Counted from the first letter of the stretch, positions 24,673 to 33,188 are shown. The stretch is DNA of 42,361 bases from Actinomycetota bacterium (GCA_043805935.1 JAZDHM010000012.1:1-42361); one strand, 5' to 3'. The notes: a model not told the origin generated them from the letters alone. Translations and numbers: made by a program.

Positions 24673-27411
24673 ATGGCCGGTTACGACCACCAGATGATCG
24701 AAGGCAAGTGGCAGGCGTACTGGGACCGCCACCACACCTTCCACGCCCCCAACCCGGGCGAGCGCGGGTTCGACGGCACGCGGCCCAAGCTGTACGTGCT
24801 CGACATGTTCCCGTATCCGTCGGGCGAGGGGCTGCACGTCGGGCATCCGATCGGCTACATCGGGAGTGACATCTTCGCCCGGTACCACCGGATGCGTGGG
24901 TACAACGTCTTGCACCCGATGGGATTCGACGCTTTCGGGCTGCCCGCGGAGCAGTACGCGGTCGAGACCGGCATCCATCCCCGGGTGACCACCGAGCGCA
25001 ACGTCGCCAACTTCGAGCGCCAGCTGAAGGCGTTCGGGCTCTCCTACGACTGGGATCGGATGTTCGCCACCACCGACCCCGGCTACTACCGGTGGACGCA
25101 GTGGATCTTCCTGCGGCTGTTCGACTCGTGGTTCGACCCCGACCGGGGTGGGGCGCGGCCGATCGCGGAGCTGATCGCCGACTCAGAGGCGGGGCGGCGC
25201 GATGTCGACGGGACCCCGTGGAAGGACCTCGACGCCGCGGAGCGGCGCCGCTTCGTCGATGGGAAGCGGCTGGCCTACCTGGACGAGGTGATGGTCAACT
25301 GGTGCCCGGCCCTGGGCACGGTGCTGGCCAACGAGGAGGTGACCCGGGACGGCCGGTCGGAACGGGGCGACCACCCGGTGTACCGGCGCCCCCTGCGGCA
25401 ATGGATGCTCCGGATCACCGCCTTCGCCGACCGCCTGGTCGACGACCTGGAGACCCTGGACTGGCCGGAGCACGTCAAGGCGATGCAGCGCAACTGGATC
25501 GGACGCAGCGAGGGGGCCTCGATCCGCTTCGCGGTCGCCGGCTCGGACCGCGTGGTCGAGGTGTTCACCACTCGGCCCGACACCCTGTTCGGAGCAACCT
25601 ACATGGTGCTCGCACCCGAGCACCCGCTCGTGGACGCGCTGATCGCCCCTGCCTGGCCGAAGGGCACGAAGAAGGCGTGGACCGGCGGGGCGAAGACGCC
25701 CGCGGCGGCGGTCTCCGCCTACCGCGACGCCACGGCGCGTCGATCCGAGCGCGAGCGCCAGACGGAGATGAAGGACAAGACCGGGGTGTTCACCGGGGCG
25801 TTCTGCATCAACCCGGTGAACGACACCCGGATCCCGGTGTTCATCGCCGACTACGTGTTCATGGGGTACGGGACCGGGGCGATCATGGCGGTGCCCGGCC
25901 AGGACGAGCGCGACTGGGAGTTCGCCGAGCAATTTGACCTGCCGATCATCCGCACCGTGCAGCCGCCTCCGGATTTCGACGGCAAGGCGTACGTCGGAGA
26001 CGGACCGGCGATCAGCAGCGGACTCCTCGACGGCCTCGAGATCGCTCCCGCCAAGCGGGCGATCATCGACTGGCTGGCGGCCGGTGGCCACGGTGAGGCG
26101 ACCGTGTCCTACAAGTTGCGCGACTGGCTGTTCAGCCGGCAGCGGTACTGGGGCGAGCCGATCCCGATTCTGCACGGTCCCGACGGTGAGCTGCGCCCGG
26201 TTGCCGAAGAGGAACTGCCGCTGCTGCTTCCCGAGATCGAGGACTATCACCCCGGAGCCTCCGACGACGAGAACGCCGATCCGGAGCCGGCGCTGGCCCG
26301 GGTCGACGAGTCGTGGCGAGTTGTCGTGATCGACGGGGTGCGTTACCAGCGTGAACTCAACACAATGCCGCAGTGGGCCGGGTCCTGCTGGTACTACCTG
26401 CGCTTCGCCGACCCGGAAAACGCCGAGGCGTTGGTCGGGGCGGACGCCGAGCACTACTGGATGGGCGGCCAAGGGGTCGACCTGTACGTCGGCGGGGTGG
26501 AGCACGCCGTGCTCCACCTGCTCTACGCCCGGTTCTGGCACAAAGTGCTGTTCGACCTGGGGCATGTGACCACCCCGGAGCCGTTCGCCCGCCTGTTCAA
26601 CCAGGGGTACATCCTGGCCGACGCCTTCCAGGACGCCCGCGGCGTGTACGTGCCGGCGGAGAAGGTGGAGGCGCGGGATGGGGCGTTCTGGTTCGACGGC
26701 GAGCAGGTCACCCGCAGCCACGGGAAGATGGGGAAGTCACTGAAGAACTCGGTGAGCCCCGACGACTTCTCGGCCGACTACGGCATGGACACGCTGCGGC
26801 TCTACGAGATGTTCATGGGCCCGCTCGACGCCTCCAAGCCGTGGACCACGCGCGACATCGTCGGGATCGTGCGCTTCCTCCAGCGGGTGTGGCGGAGCCT
26901 GATCGACCCGGACACCGACGAGGTGTTGGTGGCCGAGGCCGCCCCGTCGCCAGACCTGAAGGTGCTGCTGCACCGCACGATCAAGGCGGTGACCGACGAC
27001 ATGGCGGCGCTGCGGTTCAACACCGCCGTCGCCAGGTTCTTCGAGCTGAACAACGCCATGGTCGGCCTCGAACGGGTCCCCCGCGAAGTGGCCGAGGCGC
27101 TGGTGCGCATGCTCGCCCCCTTCGCCCCCCACGTCTCCGAGGAGCTGTGGGAGCGACTCGGGCACCAGCCTTCGGTCGCCCATGCGCCGTGGCCCGACTA
27201 CGACCCGGGCCTGGCCCGCCAGGACACGGTGACGATGATCGTCCAGGTCAACGGCAAGGTCCGGGACCGCATCGAGGTGAGCGCCGGCATCTCCGAAGAC
27301 GAGGCGCGCGCCCTGGCGCTGGGGTCGGAGAAGGTCAAGGCATACCTGTCGGGGACCCCGGTGAAGGTGATCGTGCGGCCGCCCGTCCTCGTCAACGTCG
27401 TGGTGCGGTGA
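24673..27411 (+). CDS. leuS: Leucyl-tRNA synthetase
   Basis: YVLDMFPYPSGEGLHVGH (HIGH motif), a CP1 editing domain, KMGKSLKN (KMSKS variant), and a typical C-terminal domain. The start is ATG 24673. The 618-nt upstream extension in the track overlaps opposite-strand genes. Confidence 0.95.
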   Translation: MAGYDHQMIEGKWQAYWDRHHTFHAPNPGERGFDGTRPKLYVLDMFPYPSGEGLHVGHPIGYIGSDIFARYHRMRGYNVLHPMGFDAFGLPAEQYAVETGIHPRVTTERNVANFERQLKAFGLSYDWDRMFATTDPGYYRWTQWIFLRLFDSWFDPDRGGARPIAELIADSEAGRRDVDGTPWKDLDAAERRRFVDGKRLAYLDEVMVNWCPALGTVLANEEVTRDGRSERGDHPVYRRPLRQWMLRITAFADRLVDDLETLDWPEHVKAMQRNWIGRSEGASIRFAVAGSDRVVEVFTTRPDTLFGATYMVLAPEHPLVDALIAPAWPKGTKKAWTGGAKTPAAAVSAYRDATARRSERERQTEMKDKTGVFTGAFCINPVNDTRIPVFIADYVFMGYGTGAIMAVPGQDERDWEFAEQFDLPIIRTVQPPPDFDGKAYVGDGPAISSGLLDGLEIAPAKRAIIDWLAAGGHGEATVSYKLRDWLFSRQRYWGEPIPILHGPDGELRPVAEEELPLLLPEIEDYHPGASDDENADPEPALARVDESWRVVVIDGVRYQRELNTMPQWAGSCWYYLRFADPENAEALVGADAEHYWMGGQGVDLYVGGVEHAVLHLLYARFWHKVLFDLGHVTTPEPFARLFNQGYILADAFQDARGVYVPAEKVEARDGAFWFDGEQVTRSHGKMGKSLKNSVSPDDFSADYGMDTLRLYEMFMGPLDASKPWTTRDIVGIVRFLQRVWRSLIDPDTDEVLVAEAAPSPDLKVLLHRTIKAVTDDMAALRFNTAVARFFELNNAMVGLERVPREVAEALVRMLAPFAPHVSEELWERLGHQPSVAHAPWPDYDPGLARQDTVTMIVQVNGKVRDRIEVSAGISEDEARALALGSEKVKAYLSGTPVKVIVRPPVLVNVVVR

Positions 27412-27812
27412 GGTTCTCTGCCGCCGAGGCGCTCGACGCGTCGCACGTCGACCGGAACCTGCTGCGGGCGACCCTCCCCGACGTCGACCCGTCGGCCGTA
27501 CCGGTGTATGCGGCGTCCCGCTGGTTCCGCATGCTGTGGGCGCCGAACATCACCGCGGTGGCCATGCCGTGGGGGATCTACGTCCACCCCGACCGGCTCG
27601 CTGTTCCGCTGTCGGCGCTCGGCCCACTGATGGTGCACGAGTTGACCCACCTCCAGCAGTGGCGACTGCTCGGCCCGCTGCGCTGGGCGAGGGTGTACTT
27701 CGGTGAGTACCTTCGCGGCCGGCGCTCGGGTCTCGCCCACCATGCCGCCTACCGAGCGATCTCCCTGGAGGTGGAGGCCCGTGACGTCGCCGAGCGCATC
27801 ACCGCAGGCTGA
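27408..27812 (+). CDS. Small putative zinc metallopeptidase-like protein (HExxH; DUF4157-like)
   Basis: 134 aa from a GTG that overlaps the leuS stop (GTGA). It contains MVHELTHLQQW, an HExxH motif in a context resembling DUF4157-type zincins. I am not confident of any other family assignment. Confidence 0.6.
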   Translation: MRFSAAEALDASHVDRNLLRATLPDVDPSAVPVYAASRWFRMLWAPNITAVAMPWGIYVHPDRLAVPLSALGPLMVHELTHLQQWRLLGPLRWARVYFGEYLRGRRSGLAHHAAYRAISLEVEARDVAERITAG

Positions 27813-28485
27813 CCGCCTCCCGTGGCGGTCGTCCGACACCCTCAAGGCGCTCGGGTGGTGGTTCTTGGCCGGGACGGCCGCCTACGTGGCGGTGCTCCCC
27901 GGGGACGTCACCACCGGCGAGCTTTTCGGCATCGTGCTCCCGGTGCAGTCCTTCGGGGCGATTGGCGCGGTGGCGTGGATGGCGCGCACCCGCCAGCCCT
28001 GGCGCGAGGCACTGGCGGCGCGGATCGAGTGGGTGGACTGGGTGGGCGTCTTGATCGGCGCCGCCCTGCAAATCGGCCTGGCACTGGTGCTGGTGACGAT
28101 CGTGCAGGAGGTGTTCCGCGGCTCGGTCCCCGACCAGGAGGTGGTGGATGCCGCCGCAGTGGCGGTTGGCACGCTCGACAAGACCCTGGTGGCCGTCTCG
28201 CTGATCGTCGTCGGACCCCTGTCGGAGGAGTTGCTGTTCCGCGGCGTCCTGCTCAGGGGGTTGCTGGCACGGCACGGTCGCCGGTTTGCCGTGTGGGCAT
28301 CTGCGGGTGCCTTTGCCGCCCTCCATCTCCTCGACCCGGGAGCCTGGCTGGTCGCCCCCCTGTTGACGGTACTGGGCGTCGTGATGGGCAACGAGGTGGT
28401 TCGCACCGGCCGCCTCGGGCGGTCCGTCGCCATCCACGCCGGATTCAACCTGGTGACCGTGCTGGCTCTGTTCACGACGACGTGA
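27781..28485 (+). CDS. CPBP-family intramembrane glutamic protease (CAAX protease / Abi)
   Basis: Motif 1 LSEELLFRGVLL, motif 2 FAALH and motif 3 AIHAGFNL in a polytopic membrane protein. The start is uncertain: GTG 27781, ATG 27742 or ATG 27703, all overlapping the preceding gene. Confidence 0.75.
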   Translation: MTSPSASPQADRLPWRSSDTLKALGWWFLAGTAAYVAVLPGDVTTGELFGIVLPVQSFGAIGAVAWMARTRQPWREALAARIEWVDWVGVLIGAALQIGLALVLVTIVQEVFRGSVPDQEVVDAAAVAVGTLDKTLVAVSLIVVGPLSEELLFRGVLLRGLLARHGRRFAVWASAGAFAALHLLDPGAWLVAPLLTVLGVVMGNEVVRTGRLGRSVAIHAGFNLVTVLALFTTT

Positions 28486-28518
28486 AGTTCTGAGTCTTGA
28501 GTTCTGAGTTCTGAGTAA
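28483..28518. repeat. AT-rich heptamer array TGAAGTTC TGAGTCT TGAGTTC TGAGTTC TGAGTAA
   Basis: Read directly. It begins at the CPBP stop codon, and every unit carries a TGA. Confidence 0.85.
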
Positions 28519-28559
28519 GACCTTGGTTTGTCTTACTCACAACTCATGACCCATGACTC
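28492..28559. other. Extended imperfect stem-loop (core GAGTAAGAC-N8-GTCTTACTC) formed by the two opposed heptamer arrays
   Basis: A perfect 9-bp core stem (28513-21 / 28530-38) extends to about 30 bp with a few mismatches, because the right-hand array approximates the inverted copy of the left-hand array. Confidence 0.6.
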
Positions 28560-28600
28560 TCTTGCCTCTTACTCATGACTCATGACTCACGACTCATGAC
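28537..28600. repeat. Heptamer array based on TCATGAC (9 units, 5 perfect or near-perfect, one interruption)
   Basis: TCACAAC TCATGAC CCATGAC TCTCTTG CCTCTTAC TCATGAC TCATGAC TCACGAC TCATGAC. The hexamer TCATGA is itself palindromic. Confidence 0.85.
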
Positions 28601-28630
28601 TCTTGTGCCGGGCTGTGCCTGGCACAAGAG
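28600..28630 (+). terminator. Perfect 10-bp hairpin CTCTTGTGCC-N11-GGCACAAGAG
   Basis: Read directly, between the CPBP gene and comEA. There is no U-tract, so function is inferred. Confidence 0.4.
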
Positions 28631-28673
28631 CCTTCCTCGCGTCACAGCCTCCTGATACAAGATCGGCTGCCCC

Positions 28674-29207
28674 GTGGAACGCTCGTGGATCGCCGCCGGA
28701 GCCGTCGCGCTCGTCGCCCTCGCCGCGGCGGTGTTGCTGTGGCCCGACCCGACGACACCGCCGCCGATCGAGATCGTCGCGGCGCGGCCGCCCGACGCCA
28801 CGATCACCGTGCACGTGTCGGGGGCGGTCGCCCGTCCGGGCCTGGTGTCACTGCCCGCCGACGCCCGGGTCGCCGACGCGGTGCTCGCCGCTGGAGGCGC
28901 CCTCCCCGGGGCGGTGCTCTCCGGCCTGAACCTGGCGGCCCCCCTGGCCGACGGGGAGCAGCTGATCGTCCCACTCATCGACCCCTGGGGAGGGGCGACG
29001 TCCGTGGGCGACGGGAAGGTGCATGTCAACACCGCCGACGTGGTGGCGCTGCAGGACCTCCCCGGAGTGGGCCCCGTGCTTGCGCAGCGCATCGTCGACT
29101 ACCGCAACGAGTTTGGCCCCTTCACGGTGATAGAGGACCTGCTGGACGTGCCCGGGATCGGTGAAGCGAAGCTGGCAGCGCTGCGGGACGTGGTGATGGT
29201 GCCCTGA
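28674..29207 (+). CDS. comEA: ComEA-family DNA-binding competence protein (helix-hairpin-helix)
   Basis: N-terminal TM, a SLBB-like middle region (TVHVSGAVARPGLVSLPADARVADAV), and a C-terminal tandem HhH (LQDLPGVGPVLAQRIVDYR ... LLDVPGIGEAKLAAL). The start is GTG. Confidence 0.85.
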   Translation: MERSWIAAGAVALVALAAAVLLWPDPTTPPPIEIVAARPPDATITVHVSGAVARPGLVSLPADARVADAVLAAGGALPGAVLSGLNLAAPLADGEQLIVPLIDPWGGATSVGDGKVHVNTADVVALQDLPGVGPVLAQRIVDYRNEFGPFTVIEDLLDVPGIGEAKLAALRDVVMVP

Positions 29208-29269
29208 GCCGGCTCGGGGTCCCTCGGGGCGCCGACGCCCTCGCCGCCGGGTCGGCGGCCCTCATCTGG

Positions 29270-31366
29270 GTGGGTGCCTCGGGCAACCGGGCGGCGGTGG
29301 CGGTGGTGTGCCTCGGCCTCGTGCTCGCCCGCCGGTGGTTCCCCCGGTGGGTGGCGGCGCTCGTCCTGGTGGCGGTCGGCGCCTTCTCCGCGGGCGCCGC
29401 CGGCGCCCGCGAGACGATCCCCGAGCAGTGGCTGCCCGACGGGAAGGCGGTGATCACCGGGATCGTAGGGTCCGATCCGTCCGGTCCCGCTGGGTTCGAG
29501 GGGTTCACGCTCCGCCCGGATCACCTCTTCCTCGCCGGGTCGTGGCAGCCGTGGGCGGGGCCGCGTCTGTACGTGCGCGGCTCGGCGGCGGTGGCGGTGG
29601 GCGAGCCGGCCCTGGTGCGGGGTGTCGTGGAGCCGGCCGCCTTCCGGGTGCGGGCTGGTCCCGTGGCCGGGGTGGTCACCGCCGAGCGGATCGAGCGGCT
29701 CGGCCCGGCGCCCAACGTGCTCATGCGGGTCGCCAACCGCCTGCGAAGCCGGGTGCTCGGCTCCCTCGACGTCGTGGCCACTCGCCCCGAGGGCGCCCTC
29801 GTGGCCGGGTTCCTGATCGGGGACACCCGCGGCCTGCCCGACGCCGACTACGAGGCGCTTCGCCTTGCCGGCCTGAGCCATTTCGTCGCCGTGTCGGGGA
29901 GCAACGTCGCCCTGTTCCTGGCGGCCTGGTGGCTGGCGACCGGGCCGCTCGGCTGGGGGCCGCGCCGGCGGGCGGTGATCGGGCTGATCGGCATCGCCGT
30001 GTTCGCCGTGGTGACCAGATGGGAGCCATCGGTGGTGAGGGCATCGGTGATGGCGGCGACGGTGCTCGCCGGCAAGCTCGCCGGGGTGCCGATTGCCCCC
30101 TGGTCGGCACTCGGCTGGGCGGTGACGGCCGTGGTGGCTGTGTCGGGCGGGGTCGTCCACGAGGTGGGGTTCCAACTCTCGGTCGCCGCCACCGCCGGGA
30201 TCCTCGCCGGGGGGCCGCTGTGGGCGGGCCGTCGCCGGCGCTGGTTGTGGACCACCCTGGGGGCGACCCTGTCCGCTCAGGCAGCCGTCGCCCCGATCCT
30301 CCTCCACCACTTCGGGACGGTCCCGCTCATGGCGCCGCTCACCAACGTGATCGCCGCTCCGCTGGTGGTGGTGTCGACGGCCCTCGGCGGCGCCGGGGCG
30401 CTGGTCGGGATCGCCCCCGTGGTGCGGGCGGCGGCCCGGGTGGCCGCCGTCGTTCTGGCGGTGGCCCGCCGGGCGGCCGATCTTCCCCAGCTGCACACCG
30501 CCGGGGTGGCCGTCATCGCCGGGGGCTGCCTCACTGGGTGGCGGCTGCGCGCCCTGCGGCCGCTGCTGGCGATCGGCTGCGTGCTGGCGGTGGGCGCTTC
30601 CCTCCTCCCCGCCGGGCATCCCCACGGGCCCACCGTGGCGTTTCTCGACGTCGGCCAGGGAGACGCCGCCATCATCACCGGGCCCTCGGGGGAGGTGATC
30701 GTCCTGGACGGCGGGCCCGACCCGGCGGTGATGCGCGACTACCTGCGCGCCCGGGGGATCCGCCACGTAGACCTGCTCGTAGTGTCGCACCGCCATGCCG
30801 ACCACACCACCGGCCTGGTCGGGATCACTGCGGTCGCCCGGGTGGACCGGCTGTGGTACCCGCAACAGCTCGGGGAGGGCTCCCCGCTCGACGACATCGT
30901 GGCCGAGGTGGCGGCGGGCGGCGGTGCGGTCTCGACACCGGCTTTGGGCACGACCGCGACGGTCGGGGCCTTCGACCTCGAGGTGCTGGGCCCGCTGCGC
31001 CGCTACGCCGCGCCCAACGACGGTTCGATCGTGGTGCGGGTCACCGCCGCCGGGGTCTCGGTGCTGTTCACCGGTGACATCGAGGCCATCGCCCAGCAGG
31101 ACCTCGGGCCGGTCCGCGCCGACGTCATGAAGGTCCCGCACCAGGGATCGATCACCAGCGACCTCGACTGGCTGGCGGCGAGCGCCCCTTCCCTTGCCGT
31201 GATCAGCGTCGGCCCCAACGACGTTGGGCATCCGTCCGAGGCGGTGATCGCGACGCTCACCGAGGCTGGGGTGACGGTCATGCGCACCGACCGTGACGGC
31301 ACCGTGACGGTCCGCCTCGACCGGATCGCCCTGCACGAGCCGGCCGCACTACCGTCGGCACGGTGA
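29270..31366 (+). CDS. comEC: ComEC/Rec2 DNA internalisation protein with a metallo-beta-lactamase domain
   Basis: Polytopic competence domain (LRLAGLSHFVAVSGSNVAL) and a C-terminal MBL domain (VAFLDVGQGDA ... VSHRHADHTTGL ... KVPHQGS). The start at GTG 29270 is uncertain. Confidence 0.9.
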   Translation: MGASGNRAAVAVVCLGLVLARRWFPRWVAALVLVAVGAFSAGAAGARETIPEQWLPDGKAVITGIVGSDPSGPAGFEGFTLRPDHLFLAGSWQPWAGPRLYVRGSAAVAVGEPALVRGVVEPAAFRVRAGPVAGVVTAERIERLGPAPNVLMRVANRLRSRVLGSLDVVATRPEGALVAGFLIGDTRGLPDADYEALRLAGLSHFVAVSGSNVALFLAAWWLATGPLGWGPRRRAVIGLIGIAVFAVVTRWEPSVVRASVMAATVLAGKLAGVPIAPWSALGWAVTAVVAVSGGVVHEVGFQLSVAATAGILAGGPLWAGRRRRWLWTTLGATLSAQAAVAPILLHHFGTVPLMAPLTNVIAAPLVVVSTALGGAGALVGIAPVVRAAARVAAVVLAVARRAADLPQLHTAGVAVIAGGCLTGWRLRALRPLLAIGCVLAVGASLLPAGHPHGPTVAFLDVGQGDAAIITGPSGEVIVLDGGPDPAVMRDYLRARGIRHVDLLVVSHRHADHTTGLVGITAVARVDRLWYPQQLGEGSPLDDIVAEVAAGGGAVSTPALGTTATVGAFDLEVLGPLRRYAAPNDGSIVVRVTAAGVSVLFTGDIEAIAQQDLGPVRADVMKVPHQGSITSDLDWLAASAPSLAVISVGPNDVGHPSEAVIATLTEAGVTVMRTDRDGTVTVRLDRIALHEPAALPSAR

Positions 31367-32355
31367 AGCCCGTCCACGCGGTCGTCGGCCCCAACGATGC
31401 GGGACCGGGGGAGCGCCAGGAGATGCTGGACCGGGCACGGCACCTGCTCGAGCAGGCGGGGGTCGACGACATCGACCGGTTCGACATTCCCGGCCGCGGC
31501 GCAGGCGAGGAATCCGACGGCACCCTCCGGCCCGAGGTGGAGCGGCTGATCCCCGCCCTGCAGAGTGGGTCGCTCTTCGGTGGCCGCCGCGGGGTGATGG
31601 TGGTTGACGCCCACCAACTGCAGGCGGCCGAGGTGGAGGTGGTTGTCGACCTCACCGCCGCCATCGACGGCGAATCGGTGGTCCTGGTGTTCGTCGCCGA
31701 CGGATCCATTCCGGGCAGGCTGGGGAAGATGGTCAAGGCCGATGGCGAGGTCCACCCCGTGCAGAAGATGCGCGAGAAGGACGCCGCCGAGTGGCTCGCC
31801 AGGACGGCCCGGGAGCGGAAGATGCGCCTCGACGGCGAGGCCACCGCGACCTTGCTGCAGCGGTTCGGGTCCGACATCGCCTCCCTCGGCCAGGCGCTCG
31901 ACCAGCTTGCCTCGATCGAGGGCCCGATCACCGGTGCCGAGGTGGCGGCCCGGTTCTCCAACCGGCCGGATGAACCGATGTGGCATTACGCCGACGCCCT
32001 CGCCGCCGGCGACACCGGGGAGGCGCTGCGACGGTTGTCGGACTTCCTCACCCACGGGCACCCGCTGGCGCTCCTGACGTTCATCGAGAACGACCTCCGG
32101 CGGCGTGCCCTGGCGGCGGCCGCGCCGACGGTCGAGGTGTTCGCGGCATGGATCGGCGCCCGGCCGGACTACTACCCGGTGACCAAGGCGTGGAAGCTGC
32201 GGACGGCGGCAACCGACGTGGAGCTGCGACGGGCGTTGGATGCCGTCGCCCGGGCCGACGCCACCCTGAAGTCGGCGCCGGAGGCGCTGCACCGGCTGAC
32301 GATGGAGCGGCTCACGGTCGCCCTGTCGCGGTGGTATTCGCCCCGAGGACGCTGA
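31363..32355 (+). CDS. holA: DNA polymerase III delta subunit
   Basis: GTGA overlap with the comEC stop. At 330 aa its size, helical C-terminal part and the conserved comEA-comEC-holA order support the call. I recognised no strong catalytic motif. Confidence 0.7.
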   Translation: MKPVHAVVGPNDAGPGERQEMLDRARHLLEQAGVDDIDRFDIPGRGAGEESDGTLRPEVERLIPALQSGSLFGGRRGVMVVDAHQLQAAEVEVVVDLTAAIDGESVVLVFVADGSIPGRLGKMVKADGEVHPVQKMREKDAAEWLARTARERKMRLDGEATATLLQRFGSDIASLGQALDQLASIEGPITGAEVAARFSNRPDEPMWHYADALAAGDTGEALRRLSDFLTHGHPLALLTFIENDLRRRALAAAAPTVEVFAAWIGARPDYYPVTKAWKLRTAATDVELRRALDAVARADATLKSAPEALHRLTMERLTVALSRWYSPRGR

Positions 32356-32426
32356 CACGATGGACCGCGCGCACACTCGGGAATCGATCGGCGGAGTTGG
32401 TGGTTCATGGCGGCCGTGACGACCAT

Positions 32427-33188
32427 ATGACGATCGAGATCCCCGCCAGCCGCCTCGCCCGCCTTCGCAGCATCAACTGGATGCTCGGGCTGCTCCATGC
32501 CGCCCAGGGGGTGGTCGTGCTCGCCCTCGGCAACGGTTTCGCCCTTCCGGTCACCGGGAGTTTCATGGCGGGGCCTCCGGGAAGCGGGCTAGTGACCACC
32601 CGGACCCTGTTCCACGTGTCGTTCGCCGCCGGGGTTGCCGCGTTCTTGTTCGTGTCGGCGATCGCCCATCTCACCATCGCCACTCCGCGGGTGTTCCGCT
32701 GGTATGTCGCCGGTCTCGCCGGTGGCCGGAACTACGCCAGGTGGTTCGAGTACTCGATAAGCGCGTCAGTGATGGTGGTGCTCATCGCCATGCTCACCGG
32801 GATCTCCGACGTGGCCGCTCTCGGGGCGATCTTTGGAGTGAATGCCGCCATGATCCTGTTCGGGCTCGTCCAGGAGCGCTACGAGCGCCCGGGTGGCAGC
32901 CTGACGCCGTTCTGGCTGGGTGCCCTCGTCGGGATCGTCCCCTGGCTCGTGATCGGGGTTTATCTGATCTCGCCGGGGGTGGCCGCCCAGCCGCCGGCCT
33001 TCGTGTACGCCATCTACGTGTCGCTGTTCCTGTTCTTCAACAGCTTCGCGGTCAACATGTGGCTCCAATACCGCAAGGTCGGCAAATGGCTCGACTACGT
33101 GTACGGGGAGACCGTCTACGCGGTCCTGAGCCTGGTGGCGAAGTCGCTCCTCGCCTGGCAGGTGTTCGCCGGGACGCTCGCGTCGTGA
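32427..33188 (+). CDS. Heliorhodopsin (retinal-binding 7-TM photoreceptor with inverted topology)
   Basis: 253 aa and colinear with the prototype 48C12 as I recall it: LLHAAQ (H24), FALPVTGSFMAGPPG, AIAHL (H81), RWFEYSISASVMVVLIA (counterion E108), IFGVNAAMILFG, PFWLGALVGIVPW, FLFFNSFAV, and SLVAKSLLAWQVFAGTL (Schiff-base K239, AAG at 33141-33143). Confidence 0.9.
   Translation: MTIEIPASRLARLRSINWMLGLLHAAQGVVVLALGNGFALPVTGSFMAGPPGSGLVTTRTLFHVSFAAGVAAFLFVSAIAHLTIATPRVFRWYVAGLAGGRNYARWFEYSISASVMVVLIAMLTGISDVAALGAIFGVNAAMILFGLVQERYERPGGSLTPFWLGALVGIVPWLVIGVYLISPGVAAQPPAFVYAIYVSLFLFFNSFAVNMWLQYRKVGKWLDYVYGETVYAVLSLVAKSLLAWQVFAGTLAS

Noticed and set aside
28483-28630. Possibility that the repeat clusters (here and at about 6356, 8285, 13305 and 13827) are CRISPR arrays
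   Set aside because: The units are 7 nt, directly tandem with no spacers, and no cas genes are present. These are microsatellite- or STRR-like arrays, not CRISPR.
29099-31336. 745-aa minus-strand ORF opposite comEC
   Set aside because: It is antisense to a gene with competence and metallo-beta-lactamase motifs, and its sequence is low-complexity Arg/Pro/Gly/His. The same reasoning applies to 4304-5719(-), 25183-26721(-), 35834-37072(-) and the other long shadow ORFs in the track.
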